Assembly (NCBI GenBank): GCA_036172245.1
Contig: JAYWIR010000011.1
Location: 3,968,001 to 4,032,000, forward strand
DNA from: Raillietiella orientalis
Lineage: Eukaryota
Direction of reading: 5' to 3'
Length of the DNA: 64,000 nucleotides
Shown: positions 12,417 to 25,700 of the stretch, in pieces
Position numbering within the stretch: position 1 is the stretch's first letter
Layout: every line of letters begins with the position of its first letter
Translations under genes and position numbers: made by a program
Notes under the pieces: generated by a model
Database searches by the model: none
The model's input: the letters and a program-made list of their open reading frames with translations, nothing else
What the model was told of the DNA's origin: nothing

Positions 12417-15400
12417 TTGTGTACAAATGTAAGCATATCATGAACATTAATAAGTGAATACAACTATATTGGCCAATTACCCATCAGTTTTAGATCGTCA
12501 AATGTAATTCATAGTTACCTATGAGAAGGAAATTTTCAAATAGATGAACTGCTGTTACAGGATTTTCTAGGGCCACGCTAGATATGCTCATTGTTGACAT
12601 GGCAAACTTGACATAGAAATATCTTTTTGGAAAAGCTCACGAATTGAACTTTTTTTGAAAAAAAATCTGCGACTACTTCATGTTTTGAATGTCAAAAACG
12701 GAATCTGTGATAAGCACCAAATCGGGCAGGTATTGCAAACCGTAACACGAAGTGGACTTCTGGATTTCAATCCCACTTTATTGAAAAGAAAACCAACGAA
12801 AATAAGAATGGCTTTATTTCTTTGTTTTTTGTTTTTCTAAAATCCACTTTTATGCACCAAACTGGAAAAAACTTCTATCATCCCTCTGCTCCACGCTCAA
12901 TGGCAAACAAACTGCACTGCCAATGATCCAATTACGGAACACGTGCTTGATAGAGATTGAGCTCCAACTACTCGAACACGGTTCCCATCTCCAAGCACCA
13001 ACTGAAATAAAACCAATTCATGGGTTCTATACGACCATTCTCTAAAGCAGACTACCAACCTAGTGCAAGACAAGATAGAGAGAAATATGCATTCAAAAAT
13101 CCAGAATGAGAAAAGCGTGAAGATTTTTATTTTTATATCATAAAAATCCTGTATCTGCTTGATTCTCGCTAACTGATTGCTTGAAACGAATGAAGGAGAG
13201 ATTATAATCTGAACCGTGTAAAAATTGTTAGCACAACTTTGGAAAAACTCTCATGCATTTGGCGCTTGGGGGAACAAATACATAGCAAAACAATGTTTTC
13301 CTTTTTCATGAGTCTGTTATCTCGCACTCTTCACAGTCCGAATTCCAAAATGGGTACAACGAATTCCAGCGGTTAGTTGGAAGATTCTTCATTATTTGCT
13401 TGCACTTAATAATTCTGCAGAAGACGAAACCAACTAGAGAATTTTCTCCTGATGGTGATTCGTTTATTTCCCAATAGCTAATGTTTATCGATTCTATACT
13501 AGTTTAGTGAATGGTTCCAGACTTATGGCTTTGATTACTTTACGGAATTTCTCAAAAATGCTCTGGTCTGTTGGGACAACTTTAGGAGTAAATGGAATCG
13601 GGCTTGACTTACGGGATACTGCAGTCGCTGGTATATTGGGAGAGCTAGAATAAATCTGATTTTTGAAGCATTTTTATAAGCTCTTTGAAATTACTTTGGG
13701 AATAATGAAAACTTAAGAAAACGAGATGCATAAATGAAATGACAAAAGAGTTTTCTATATTATTTTTTATTTGTATAGGTACATAATGGAGATCCTCGTT
13801 CTAATGAGAAATTGTATTCACTTTGCTCCCTAAGTATCAATAATTTATAGGTAAACCAGATAATTTTTAATTGTTTTGTCATAATTTGAGTGCATTATTC
13901 ATTTTAGCTTTCCGCACTTTTCCCTAAAAACGAAAGACCTCTCCACTCCCGAATTCGAATTTCCAGTATTAATCACGCGATTTCTCTACTTGAGAGATTG
14001 AAGATCCTAAAAGGAAAAATGTGTGAACTTTAAAATACTTCTCATTTGTACGTTCACTTAGGATACTAACTGAGATTCCTATTTTAGAAAACTGATGATT
14101 ATTCTAAATAACCAAATTTAAAATTAGATCGATTTCCCCTACTAGTAAATAATATAAATCTCCATTGTAAGATAAGAATTACCACCTTGAAAAATTTGCT
14201 CTGGTGCAGGTAATACCATGGAAAATCGTTTTGATCAGCATGAAAATGGCAAAGATATAAGGACTGAAGGCACGAGGGAAAAAATGCTGATACTGTAGCA
14301 ATAAATTGTTGATCTTTGTATTCCCTTTACAAAACTCAAGTTTACTGTGTCCTCCTGAAAGTGAATGCTTCGTAATAATGGATGATTAGCCTTCATATAC
14401 ATTTGATAAGGAACTATTTTACATGAAAGCGTGCTTTAGGAAGATGAGATTTGATGTTCAGTCAATAGAGCTCTTTTCTATACATGTCATTTTTGTCGTT
14501 TGTCCTAATATATGTTTTTCCTTTTTTTTTTTTTAAATTCACTGCCTTATGGTAATGGCTTTCTTGAATAAATAATTTTTCTCGATTGGTGCCTCAAAGA
14601 ACAAGGTCGGTAGCATTAATCAGCACGACTGTACTTGAGCAACATGGAATGTCCAGAAAAGCGTCTTCATCGCCCACGTTGTTCTAGCCTAAAGTTCTCC
14701 ATATGACATGCTCTATCTATAAGTCTGTTATACGTAGTCTATCTACCATGTACCTATCAGTGGACTATCTACCGATTATGCTATTTTCAAACTGCTGCTC
14801 AGTAGCCCCGGAAAGCAGCTTGATCTCCGGACTATGCAGGATTGATGAAAGAGTGGATGGTATTATGGTGAACCGAGTCCCCTCTTAGTGGTGGTGGTGT
14901 GTACCATTCATCCAGAAGGTGTTGCGATCTAAGATCAGAAAAGGCATAATAATGCGACATCCGTTTCGAATTTTAAGCAGCGATGAAAAGAAACAATCAC
15001 TGCTGTAGATGCACTTGCATTATGCCATCTCCTGACTTTCGATTAGCTCGAAACCTTCGCCTACCTTCTGAGAATGTGGATGATAGTTAATCGATGATTT
15101 TCTCAAGTCTTGCACTGACAAATGCACTAACTACATGAGCTTTAAGTATTAAAGCTAGTGTTCAAGGTTTACAAGAGTTCATTGGCTTTGGTTCTTCAGT
15201 GAGTTGTGGTGTTCTGTCATTGACTGAAAGGTAAGTGTTTAAACATTATCACTTAGTAAAAGCCGATGTTTTGTTGAAATGAATAAGACTACCAGTTTGT
15301 AATAGCTTGATAATACTTAAATGCCTCAAGTGCTAAGTTACCTTCTACTTGTAATTACTTCAAAAGAATGGAATAGAGTGTCAGCGTCTTTCTTTTCAAG

Positions 15401-18249
15401 GTATCTTAAGCAGTAAGAGTGAATGATCATAGTCATAGTCATCTTGTTTTTTTGAGCTCACGGTTCCTCCTGAAGAAGGAAGCGTCGCTTCCAAGAAGAG
15501 TCATTGTGCATATTTGACAGACCTTCATTTTATTTTTCATAAACCAGGGATTTTTTTTTTTTTAATAATGACTACTAATAAGGATCATGGCAAACGAATG
15601 TGTAAAAAAAAAAATAAATAAATAGTATTTTGGTTTGCACAAAATGCTGCACCTGAAATCGTGAAAGGTAGGATGGGTTCAGTCTGTGCTGTGCCGTCAA
15701 AAGAACTGATTTCCAGAAGGTAAGGTACTGAAACTGACTGGGGTTTACAATCCATTAGTGAAATATATTTCGCAAAGATCCTCGTTCTGTATATAATTGT
15801 TACAAACGTCCTCAGGGAATGTAGTTAAGTTTGTTTCCTTTACGTCAAAGGTAATTCTAGCTAATTTTATTGTCATTTGTTAATGTGTAGGTTGTCATTT
15901 CCACTAACTGAATTTACTTGAGAAAAGGAAGCAAAGTGATTGAGAATGTGTTTTCCTCAGATTCAGACTGACCATCTGAAGTCGCGCGCTTTTTCCAGAG
16001 CTTTGGCATGCAGCAGATTTTCGTTCAGAGTTCACGGAGATGCTTCCAGGATGCTGCAAGAGCCCTGCGCTGTTTCAGTGAATTTTTTGCATGCAAACGC
16101 ACGATGATAACGTCAAGCTTCGATTTGCTGAGAACGCACTCATCTGAGAAACGTTAAGCATGCTCTTTTCCTCTTTTTTTTCTTTTCAAGTCTGGGTCTA
16201 GCTCTGCTTGAAATCTTGTCTTCCGAAGTGAGGTTCATTGATGGCACATTGACTCCCTTCTTACTCATGAAATACTGTATTGTACCGTGAAAATCGAAAA
16301 GCAATGGATTTCGTGTTCTTCATTGATACGAATCTCAAAATAATTTTAAAAAGAAATTCCAATATGGAAAACAATCGGAGGATGAATTTCAATGTATTTC
16401 TTCCTTTCTAAAAAAATGATATCTTTAGCTGAGCATTTTACAAAGGATTCATCCTTTGAAAAGCACTGTTAAGAAAAGCAATTACAGTAGCTGTAGGGTG
16501 CTGCAACTGCTTTGCTTCTCTTTCTTAACTCACTTTCTAATTCACACCCTGACCACTATTTTTTCGATACCAGAAACAAGGGTTTCTGGTACGGATAATG
16601 CAAAAAAAAAAAAGCAGCCTTACCACTACGAGTTTTTAATTTATTTGCTCTGCACGGAGTACTCAGATAAGACATTTCCAATCATCATTAACCGTTGGTC
16701 CGGAAGATTCTTTGACCCTTGTATCAGATATGTTCTCATCATGTCAAGTCATTCTTCGCTAGGTTGAAAACTGAAAAGCAGTCAATCGGCTGCTATCAAC
16801 CCTTTTATTTTTTACTGTGGATATTTAACTGCTGAATTAAGTAATGGGTGAAATGGTAGTGCATGCTGCAAATCCGAAAAAAGGGTGAGGAAACGAAGGA
16901 AATTTAATGAAATATTAAATGAACGCTTTTTAAAACATATGTCAAGATTGTAGCCGCAATGCTCGAAGAAATTTGTCTGGATTTACTTTTATTGTAGCTC
17001 AGGCTTGTTTGAGTGTCTCAATTTTTAAAAGTGTCTTCAATGAAAGCTGAGGACCAAAAAGTTGCATGTAGGTTCACAATATATATATAATGCAAAGTGT
17101 TCGTGTGAAGATCTGTGCTGAGCACGCACGTGGGAAAAGAGGACCGGACAGTGGCTGCCATCCCTACAAAATGCAGGGACATATTTCTAAAAGCAGAGGT
17201 CCGGAGGAACTGCCGACACGAAAATTCGGAGCATTGAAGATAGACGGGGAAAAATGTGTTGGAATCTCAGCACTCACAGTTCGATTAGGAATTCACTGCT
17301 GGGGATTTTACACATACTGATGAACTCCAAAAAAAGCAATGTACCCTCAGATGAGCATGGAAACAGAAGAGTCCGGTAGTTTAAACAAAGAAGTCCGGTT
17401 ATTATGTGTGTTTGAAGAAGGAAACGCGAGGATCAACGGTTTGAAAAGGTGTTGCTTTCGATTCGGTGAAAGGGCAAGCAGTGAAGATTTACCTTCTTAT
17501 TATGAATATGGAAGGGAAAAAAAAGTCATTGAAAATATGGATGAAAGGTGCTCGTTATATTTCCATAACGTCAACAGAGTTGGCACTTTTGATCTACCTA
17601 CGAGGGAACGAGCATCGTTTGACTAAATGTTAAAGAAACTGCCCTTCTTATTCTTACAGGATTACGAAACTCGATTCGTTGTCGATACCTAGGAGCAAGA
17701 AGAACACCTTACTACCGCTGGGAATGACAGGAACACACTTCGGGCGCGGTCGTTCCAGACAAAACAAGCTCCCTAAACGAAAAATGCACGCGTGAGACGC
17801 AGAAGAGCATCTCGCAGGAACGGCCGCGGAAGTTGCGGATCATTCGTGGAGGAGGATTCATCTTCCGCACCGCATGTGACCCAAAAAGTGGTCCGATTTC
17901 CAAATGCAGGCGATTTAGCTTTTCCTTCTTTCAATGCGAACTTTAGCAAGAACTTTCATTAACTCGGGTAGCGTGCATGACTATGGAAGTACTTTCCAAT
18001 ATAATCTTTGGCTTTGCATTCCTAACTATGAGCGAATCTGGTTTTTAGGACGAGCAAACTTTGCTGGCAATGCTTTTCTGGCTTCTGATTAGGGCAGTTC
18101 AGGATAATACCTTCTCTTGAATTATGATGCAGCGATGCATTCATTACGTCCTCTTGCCGAGGTTTCGAAACCCTGATTTTTGAGATGATTTCTCGAAGGC
18201 TATTAGTCATCTAACTCCTCAAAAGTCATTCGTTTATATTCGTAAGCTA

Positions 18250-19282
18250 CTGATATTCTGATGCTAAAGAGGTCAAGTGCTGCTGCTTTAATTTCTCTCT
18301 GTACGAGGCTGTTGAGCTATATTCCAGTGAAGATTCCACGGTCTGTAGCCAGCAATGGTGTCGCTGATCTCCAGATGCGATGTTGGTTTACCACAACTTA
18401 CATGCCGTGTTGCATCTTTGTTACATTCACAATCTTGAGCAGCCACTTACTCCAGGTCGGTTCCGTGTGGTGGAAAGACATTTATTGCAACTGCATTGCA
18501 TCTTCAGCTTAGCAGCATCACCGATCGTTGTTCTCTCATCGTTGATTTTTTGGTTTTAGTTAACGATTATTTTCCTCCTGATGCAATTTTCAGCTCCCTA
18601 ACCAAGTTTATATACCACCTGAACTGTGTTCAAACGCAATTTGAGGGTTTTCTTGAGCTACAGATTGGCTCCGATAATTGCAACCATAAAACACGTGTAT
18701 TTCTTTCAGTTTTACATCCAAAGCACGCTCCCTTTCTATAATTCAAGAGTTCATCATTCCCAAACTGTGACACATAAAGTTTTTGATGGTAGAAACAGCA
18801 TTTCCATCCATTTGAGAATTAACGGCTGCTCTATTTCCAAAATAAACTCAATACTGTTTGCTCCGAAAAGTCAATCTGGTCTCAACGTGGTTGTTAACGT
18901 TTCCTGCTCACGGTCGTATTGAGCCACTTTTCAGTTCACCGTCCATCACGACGGTGCGGAGGGTTCTTTTTTCTATTCAGTGATTTATAAATTTCTGCAT
19001 TATCTTTCAAGATGGGCAAATTTATTTTAGGTAAACTGTGATAACGAATGCCATTTAGTTCTATTAAATGCCATTTCGTTCTACTATCATGCTTTATGTG
19101 TTTCTTCGCTTCCTCTGAAATCCACACTCCGGCTATTTTTCAAAGGAATGTGTTGCATGCCCAGAACATAAATCTCCAAGACCGCCCAATCCAAACATTA
19201 ATATGTGCTGCAATCCTATCGAGGAAATCCTCCAGGTGTTTAGGTGTTTTTGGATTGCCACGTTTAGTTCCACAATCTTCAT
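18250..19282 (-). mobile_element. Heavily decayed non-LTR retrotransposon (RTE/LINE-like AP-endonuclease region)
   Basis: Broken-frame fragments in the expected order: MKIVELNV, DNAEIYKSL, TVVMDGELKSG (cf. IVMGDFNAKVG), AGNVNNHVE..IDF (cf. GERNENGERLIDF), RKGACFG, SKWL. Many stops and frameshifts. Confidence 0.4.
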
Positions 19283-19681
19283 TTTTTCTAGCACAAGCTA
19301 ACTTCCTTTTGTTAACAGCATCGCCAACCGAAAGTGACCATTCTGAGATGCTATCTGGGAGGCTGTTGCGTGATTGCGTGACCTAGCGTCAGCGTGAGAT
19401 TTCCTTTATGATAACGAAGCAGTTCATCACCTTGCCGTGATCATCTCCCCTATTAAGTACAAAGGTGTAAAACCCTCAGGGTCCTAAGGATTAGCGTTGG
19501 ATTTTCCTACCAGGAAAATGGATACCGACTGAAAGGAGCTCCTGTGAGGATGCTGGGTGCCGAAGTCCGAGCTAAGACTTGTTTGCATCACTCATGCTTT
19601 CTCATCAACTACTTCAGCACTGATCATACGATCAAAGTGATTCCATTACCATTAGGTCCGACCGTCACAGTCTTCATCACT

Positions 19682-20470
19682 TTAACCCTTTGCACCCCGC
19701 TGGGTCCGCTGAGGGGACATGCGTTCTGGCATAACTCTGGTCCCCACTCATTGTTGATGCGTTAGAATGGGGACCATAGTTATGCATTCTTTACATTGCA
19801 GACCAAAAATGTGCAACCCGTTCGTCGGCATGCAAAGTGAGTGCAGGCAAGCGCCGTTATCATTCACAGCTTCCTGTTACAGATCACTGCTCTGCACACA
19901 GTGTAAGGTTGCAACCACGACTTAAAGTTTGTTTTCGAACAGGACCTCGACTTTTCTATAAAAGTTGCTCTCCAATTGCCATCAGTCAGCTGCAAAGCAC
20001 GGATGCTAAAGATGGATAAAGAGGAAAGGGATTATCATAATTGCGTGAAAGTGAAGAAGAATTTTAGTTATACCTATTTGATGACAATTTAACTGATGTT
20101 GCATCTGAAGATAGTGCAAGTGATGACGATTCCGGAATTCGTTCCACTGGCAGCGAAATTATTGTGAAGAGGCGACGAAGAATCGGAATTATCGACAGTG
20201 AAAACTCTTTAGGAGAAGAAAATGAAGCATAAGATGAAAATGAATGGGAGGTCGATAGCAAAATAACGGGTAGCAAAATAATTCCAAAAAGGATAATTTT
20301 GCAGTATCGCCCCGGGGTCACTGGGCCACAGATTGCATCTAACATTGTGGAACCAATAGAATGTTTCCAGTTCGTTTTCACACAGAAGAGCTTGTCAAGG
20401 GCATCCTCGAAGGAACCAACAGCTCTGCGAAAAGAAGAACCGCAGCGAAACACCTGACGAATGGATGTTT
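19682..20470 (+). mobile_element. 5' fragment of a piggyBac-like DNA transposon with a decayed transposase N-terminus
   Basis: TTAA-CCCT end at 19682-19689. From ~20011 an acidic N-terminus ESEEEF*LYLFDDNLTDVASEDSASDDDSG..IVKRRRRIGIIDSENS..ENEW..PGVTGPQI..EPIECFQFVFT/EELVKGILEGTN, resembling PGBD4-type transposases, with stops and frameshifts. Confidence 0.7.
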
Positions 20471-20527
20471 GTGATTTTTTCCTCATCCAAGCAAAGCCAT
20501 TTCTTTTCAAATCTGCGGTTTCGAAAG

Positions 20528-20750
20528 TGTGCTGGAGTTGCTGGTCAACAAACTCTTGGAGTGCAAATGGACTTGCCAGAGTTTGCACCATTTTCTTTGC
20601 GATAGGGCCGTTTCCCACGCGTGAGCCATTCACCGGGACTCGGTTTTCCAGTGCTGGTTCTGGAACCAGAATCTGCTCCATTTAGCATACGTTTTTCTTC
20701 TTCTTCTTGAGTTTGTTTCCAAGAGTCTGTTGACCAGCAACTCCAGCACA
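20528..20750. repeat. 33-bp inverted repeat (32/33 match) around a 157-bp spacer; MITE-like
   Basis: TGTGCTGGAGTTGCTGGTCAACAAACTCTTGGA (20528-20560) versus TCCAAGAGTCTGTTGACCAGCAACTCCAGCACA (20718-20750). Confidence 0.8.
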
Positions 20751-20885
20751 GCGAAATGCAGAGGCGTGTTCCCCCTCGGCTCGCTGCCTGCCATCATGAA
20801 CAATAACAATAATGACAACATTAATGGAGAGGGAGCAGAAGAAAAAGAAAGGGGACGACGAGACGCCCCGTTTCGCTGCGAGTGC

Positions 20886-21174
20886 GGTAAAATGCAGGGC
20901 AGCTCACTTCACGTGAAGCATGGAGGAGAGAGGAAAAAGGGCGTTTCGCGGGATGCGCCGGGAGTGGGGGGGTAAAATGCAGGGCAGCTCACTTCACGTG
21001 AAGCATGGAGGAGAGAGGAAAAAGGGCGTTTCGCGGGATGCGTCGGGAGTGGGGGGGTAAAATGCAGGGCAGCTCACTTCACGTGAAGCATGGAGGAGAG
21101 AGGAAAAAGGGCGTTTCGCGGGATGCGTCGGGAGTGGGGGGGTAAAATGCAGGGCAGCTCACTTCACGTGAAGC
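20886..21174. repeat. 85-bp GC-rich tandem repeat, ~3.4 near-identical copies
   Basis: Units start at 20886, 20971, 21056 and 21141 (GGTAAAATGCAGGGCAGCTCACTTCACGTGAAGC...). Confidence 0.97.
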
Positions 21175-22193
21175 CACGCTACGGAGACGTCTATTTGGCA
21201 AGTTAAGGGACCAGTCGAACTTCCCCCCACGTTACGGATAGCTTAGAAGGAAAGCCGGCCAGATTTAACAACCCCTTTTACAAGCTGAAGTGACACTCCA
21301 CCGTGCGGCTAGGCAACGGGAGCGTCGGGAAACTAGAGTTGTGTTGCTCGACTTACCTCTGAGCAGATCAGCCTTTCAAATAAAAGGGATCAATGCCCCG
21401 AAGTGTCACACACACACACATCTCCGCAATATGTACGAGCCGCTGCTCTTATGTGCGTGCGAGGACGGCGGGAGCACGGCGTGAAATGTGGTCGTTGGAA
21501 ACGCGGAATCCAGGGAAACGGCGAGGTGATCCTCGATTCCCTGATGACAGTTATATTTGCTTAGGCGGGTTGGAACCATCCGTTCGTCGCCAGCTTTCCA
21601 ACTTTCTCGTGCTTTCCAGGGAGATGGTCAAAACTTACATGTTCGTGGTACCTTACGACGGAAAGTTACGTGGCCGTAACTTACATTTGCTATATATATA
21701 CACACACTTCGCATGGAATTGGGCGTGGGGGCTGTACAGGAGATTGCAGGGAGGCTTGTACTAAACATGAGCGTACGAGTAAAGTACTTTCGCTGAATTG
21801 ACATGAATTGTGTGATCATTGCGTGTTATCCGAGTTCGTCCATGGCGTGCTCGGGAGGAGCGGATTGTTTCCGGACCGTCTTTCAAACGTTCAGAATTTG
21901 CCGTGTTTCTTGCCAGCATTACTCGAACGCCCCTTACTTGTCGGGAATGGGGAATGCAGCAGGATGATTTCCTGGATCCCGTGCGATTTCCTGGACTTTC
22001 GCGTCGCAAGGCAACCGATGCAAATCACAACTGGATGCGAGTGTGACGACGATCATTCGTGTTAGAGGCAGCCCCGAAATGAACGCAGTCGTCAAATGCC
22101 CTGTACGGTAAACATCGTGTGGAGCTGCAGACGAATCTCAGCAAAAATAACCGTTTTTTTTTTTTTCTCTTCCCCGTACCAAAACCTTACGAA

Positions 22194-22226
<33 letters not shown>

Positions 22227-22707
22227 TGGAAAAAGTTGTCGTTCGTTTGCGGAGTGCCAATGGCCAACATTTTGACTTCTGTAAACATCTGCGAAAGTGT
22301 GATTCCAATTAGCAGTAGTTTCAATGGTGTGCCCAGCATTGCGGTTCGAGCTAATGCATGCTTAACGGGGATCATTTCTCTTACAGCCTTGGTGTTTCAG
22401 CTTCCTTTTACTCATAGTAGTGTTGCATCTCTCCTGCTTTCCTTGGGATTTCATTCTCATTCACCACCACCCTGTAACGAAAACCAATTTCGCATCCTTT
22501 GTTAATGCCTTTCTGAAACTGTCAGATGCTTTTGTTCATCAAATATTCGTTGGTGCCTTTTTGCTTCAAGTTTGTGGACGAATTTTGACGATTCGGTGTG
22601 AAGTTGCAACTTTTAAGGAAATATCTCGTTTTTCAGAGTAAGCGAAACTGTTGAAATGGTGTTCAGGAACAGAAATGCAGATTTGTAATCCAAACAGCAA
22701 ACTTAAA

Positions 22708-25700
22708 ATGAGTGAACATGATGATGTAGGTGATGCAACATTAAACAATAATTGCGATTTGAGCTCTTGTGAAGTTATTGAGACAAATAAAGTGAGTTAT
22801 TCCCTTTTTTGAATGCTTTTTTCATTCATTATAAGCATGAACTTTTTTCAGTGTTCTCATTTTTTTGCAAATTTAAATGAGGATTTCTGCTAACAAACTA
22901 ATGTTCAGCAGTAACAAATAGCCTTGAAGTAATATTTGTGTATTGAAAATTCCAAGTTCCCGGACTTTCTCTTGCAAAACTCAATCCATCACACGATTAA
23001 TAAATTACTTTGCATAGTATTTCCCAAATCAGTTCTTTGGAAAAATGTCTAGAGCTTTGATTCCATAAACGGAACCCAGTTTTGTTGTAATTTTTTCCAT
23101 GATTTGGAAGAGTACTTGAGAACGTTTGTGATAGAAAATTTGTGTAATAACTTTACTCATGTTCTCAAATAACTGGTTATTGAAATTACAAAAAAGATTG
23201 TTTGCAAAGATAGTTGTATCTTAATTGTCACATTTAAGTATTTGACAATAAACACACATGTATGCATTCATTGTTAAATATCTAAGTTATTTGATGACAA
23301 AATACCAAAAATAGGAGTTACCTTAATTTTAGATTTTGCATTTTATATCTTAGGTGAGATATGAAAGCTTATAAAAAATTTATATGCATTCCTGCCTCTC
23401 AATAGATGATTGTATCAAAGTAATTCGGTTTTCTTGGTAAATTTGAAAAGACAATTTAAAATGTTTGAAAATAAATATTTAAAATATTTATTTTTAAATA
23501 TTGCGGAAAAAAGTCCTTGAACAAATTCAGTGAATTGCAAAAAAAAATGTTTTATAAACCCGAATGTTGAGAATATCGAATAATTCTTGTTCACAATTGT
23601 TTGTAGCCATTAATACAGAAGGAAAATAGGTTTTATGTTTTAAGTTTGCTAATTAGAATGTGGTTTCCCCCAACTCTATTATAAAGTATTGTAAGTTGTA
23701 CATCCTGTTTTATTATGAGAAAATTTGAAAGTGCCCTTGCTATTTAAAGGAGGTGCATACTGTTTGTTCCTTAATTATTCAAATCAGTGAGCCGGTAGGG
23801 ATATATGTAATTTTTTCACAACAAGAAAAGTTTGGCACATCCTCAGCTTTGCATTCCCTAAAAAAAAAAAGGGGAGAGGAACTATAGAAAGATCATGAAA
23901 AATTCAAAGTTAGAAAGGTCAACATAAAAACGTCGAAGCCTTAGAGCTGTGTAATTTTTAAGAGTACATTACATCAAAAAATGGTGAATTGAGTAATCAT
24001 TGAAAATAAATTACAATTATTGCTTGGGAAAATTATTGCTTCTTTCTAAATCATTCTCAGATAACATGGTTTTTGAATGTTGAACTTTCTCATCATTGTG
24101 GCATTGCCAAACTGACATTACAAATGACTGCTTCACATTTGAAACATGTATAACCAGAAATTGTGCATTAGGGTTGTGGTTTATGTTAGTAGCATGTGGT
24201 TTTAGAATGCTGAATTTGGTATGAATAGTTCACTGATAAGAAGTACAGAATAATAAAGAAATTTGATATAATCATGTATATAGGAATGATGAAAACACTG
24301 ATATAAATAACATTGTTGGTATTTGTGAAAATGAGTTTTCACCACAGTTACACTGCAGGTCACAAAAGATGCAAGAAATTGTGATTGTTTGGCTTTGATG
24401 AAAATTAAAAGTGCGAGAGTGCAAATATTCATGGAATCGTAGGAAAATTAGGTTAAAGAAAGAATATGGAATAAATGCAATTATAAAAACATAGGGAATT
24501 ATAATTGATTTTATTGAGTAAACGTTGATTGTGGTTGTTTGGTAACAAGATGGTGGTACAAACCTTGTAATAGTTGAAACTGTTGCTGTAAATAACTGGA
24601 ATTTGTGCTATTACATCCTGTTGATAAATTTACAGATTTAATTAAAGTAAATCAACTATAACTGAGAATATCAAAATTGTGAAATGTATGTATTTAGCAA
24701 GCTGTTACTGTTTCATTCTGAGTGAATTCGACATTTTTGCATTTAGTTGTGTATATAAAATAAATTTCAATTGTATCCTCACATTTTCCTAACTCTTGGT
24801 TAGAGGAATGTGAGTATACAATCAGAAGTTCAGAAGTTAGGAAATTGTTGTTTAATTAAAGAATTTCGCTGTTTAAATGTTGAAATTGGCCAACATAAAA
24901 ATGCATTATTAGATTTTAGAAATTCATTTACCCATGTATTATTTCTGAAACTCTAAATAATGATCAATGGAATTGGTAGGACAAATGTTTGGTCCATTAG
25001 AATTCTGGAAAATTGTCAGCATTTGGAGTATTTTTTAGATTTTGTTAGCCATTCAGATTATTTCTTAATTTTGCATTGGTATTATTCATAATGCATAGGG
25101 TATGTGATTTCTTCATAATTATGCTCTCAGAATACATTTCACATATTTACATGTGGTAGGACATCACCTCATTAATACAACAATTAAATAGTATCTGTTT
25201 GCGAATTTGTGAATCCCATTTGTGTAGTTACCTTAAATACTGAATTATTCAGCATGTTACACTGCATGCGGAATTATATGCATTCATGATTTTAGATTTT
25301 GCATTAGGAACTTAGTGAATCATGATTACTGACCTGTTGTGGTTATTATTTAAATGCATGTCATCAGTAAATGTATGGTTACCAGTGTCCGCTTTTAATA
25401 TGAAATATTTGTGACCAGTAAAATACAACAGTGGTTGTGCAAAACAAGCTTGTTTATTTTAAAATATTATTTTGTGAATTATCTTTAAAACAGTTTTAGT
25501 TTATTTTCTAAAAACCAAGTTTCCCTATATGCACAATCAAGTATTACTGCTGACAGATCTATTTTGTTCTACAGACTCTGTATGCAAAATGTTTCTGGAT
25601 GATCTCCATGAGGTTGAATGCATTGTTTGGATTCAATTATCAAACTTATTGTTTCAGGAATTACATCAGGTGTATTTATGTAGCAAAACGTTCATGTTAA

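Noticed and set aside
15463..15502. Hammerhead-ribozyme-like CTGAAGA followed by a GGAAGC/GCTTCC stem
   Set aside because: The required GAAA after stem II is absent and stems I and III cannot be formed convincingly.
15630..15720. NAAPEIVKG kinase-like peptide ending at a GTAAGG donor
   Set aside because: No other kinase motifs, and the candidate next exon near 15961 hits a stop at once.
20064..20681. 205-aa minus-strand ORF
   Set aside because: Antisense shadow of the piggyBac stub and inverted repeat; no recognisable protein.
20886..21174. CRISPR-like regular repeat
   Set aside because: Units are fully repeated with no unique spacers, the context is eukaryotic and there are no cas genes.
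22310..22362. tRNA-like A/B boxes (GGTTCGAG)
   Set aside because: Spacing is too short and no cloverleaf forms.
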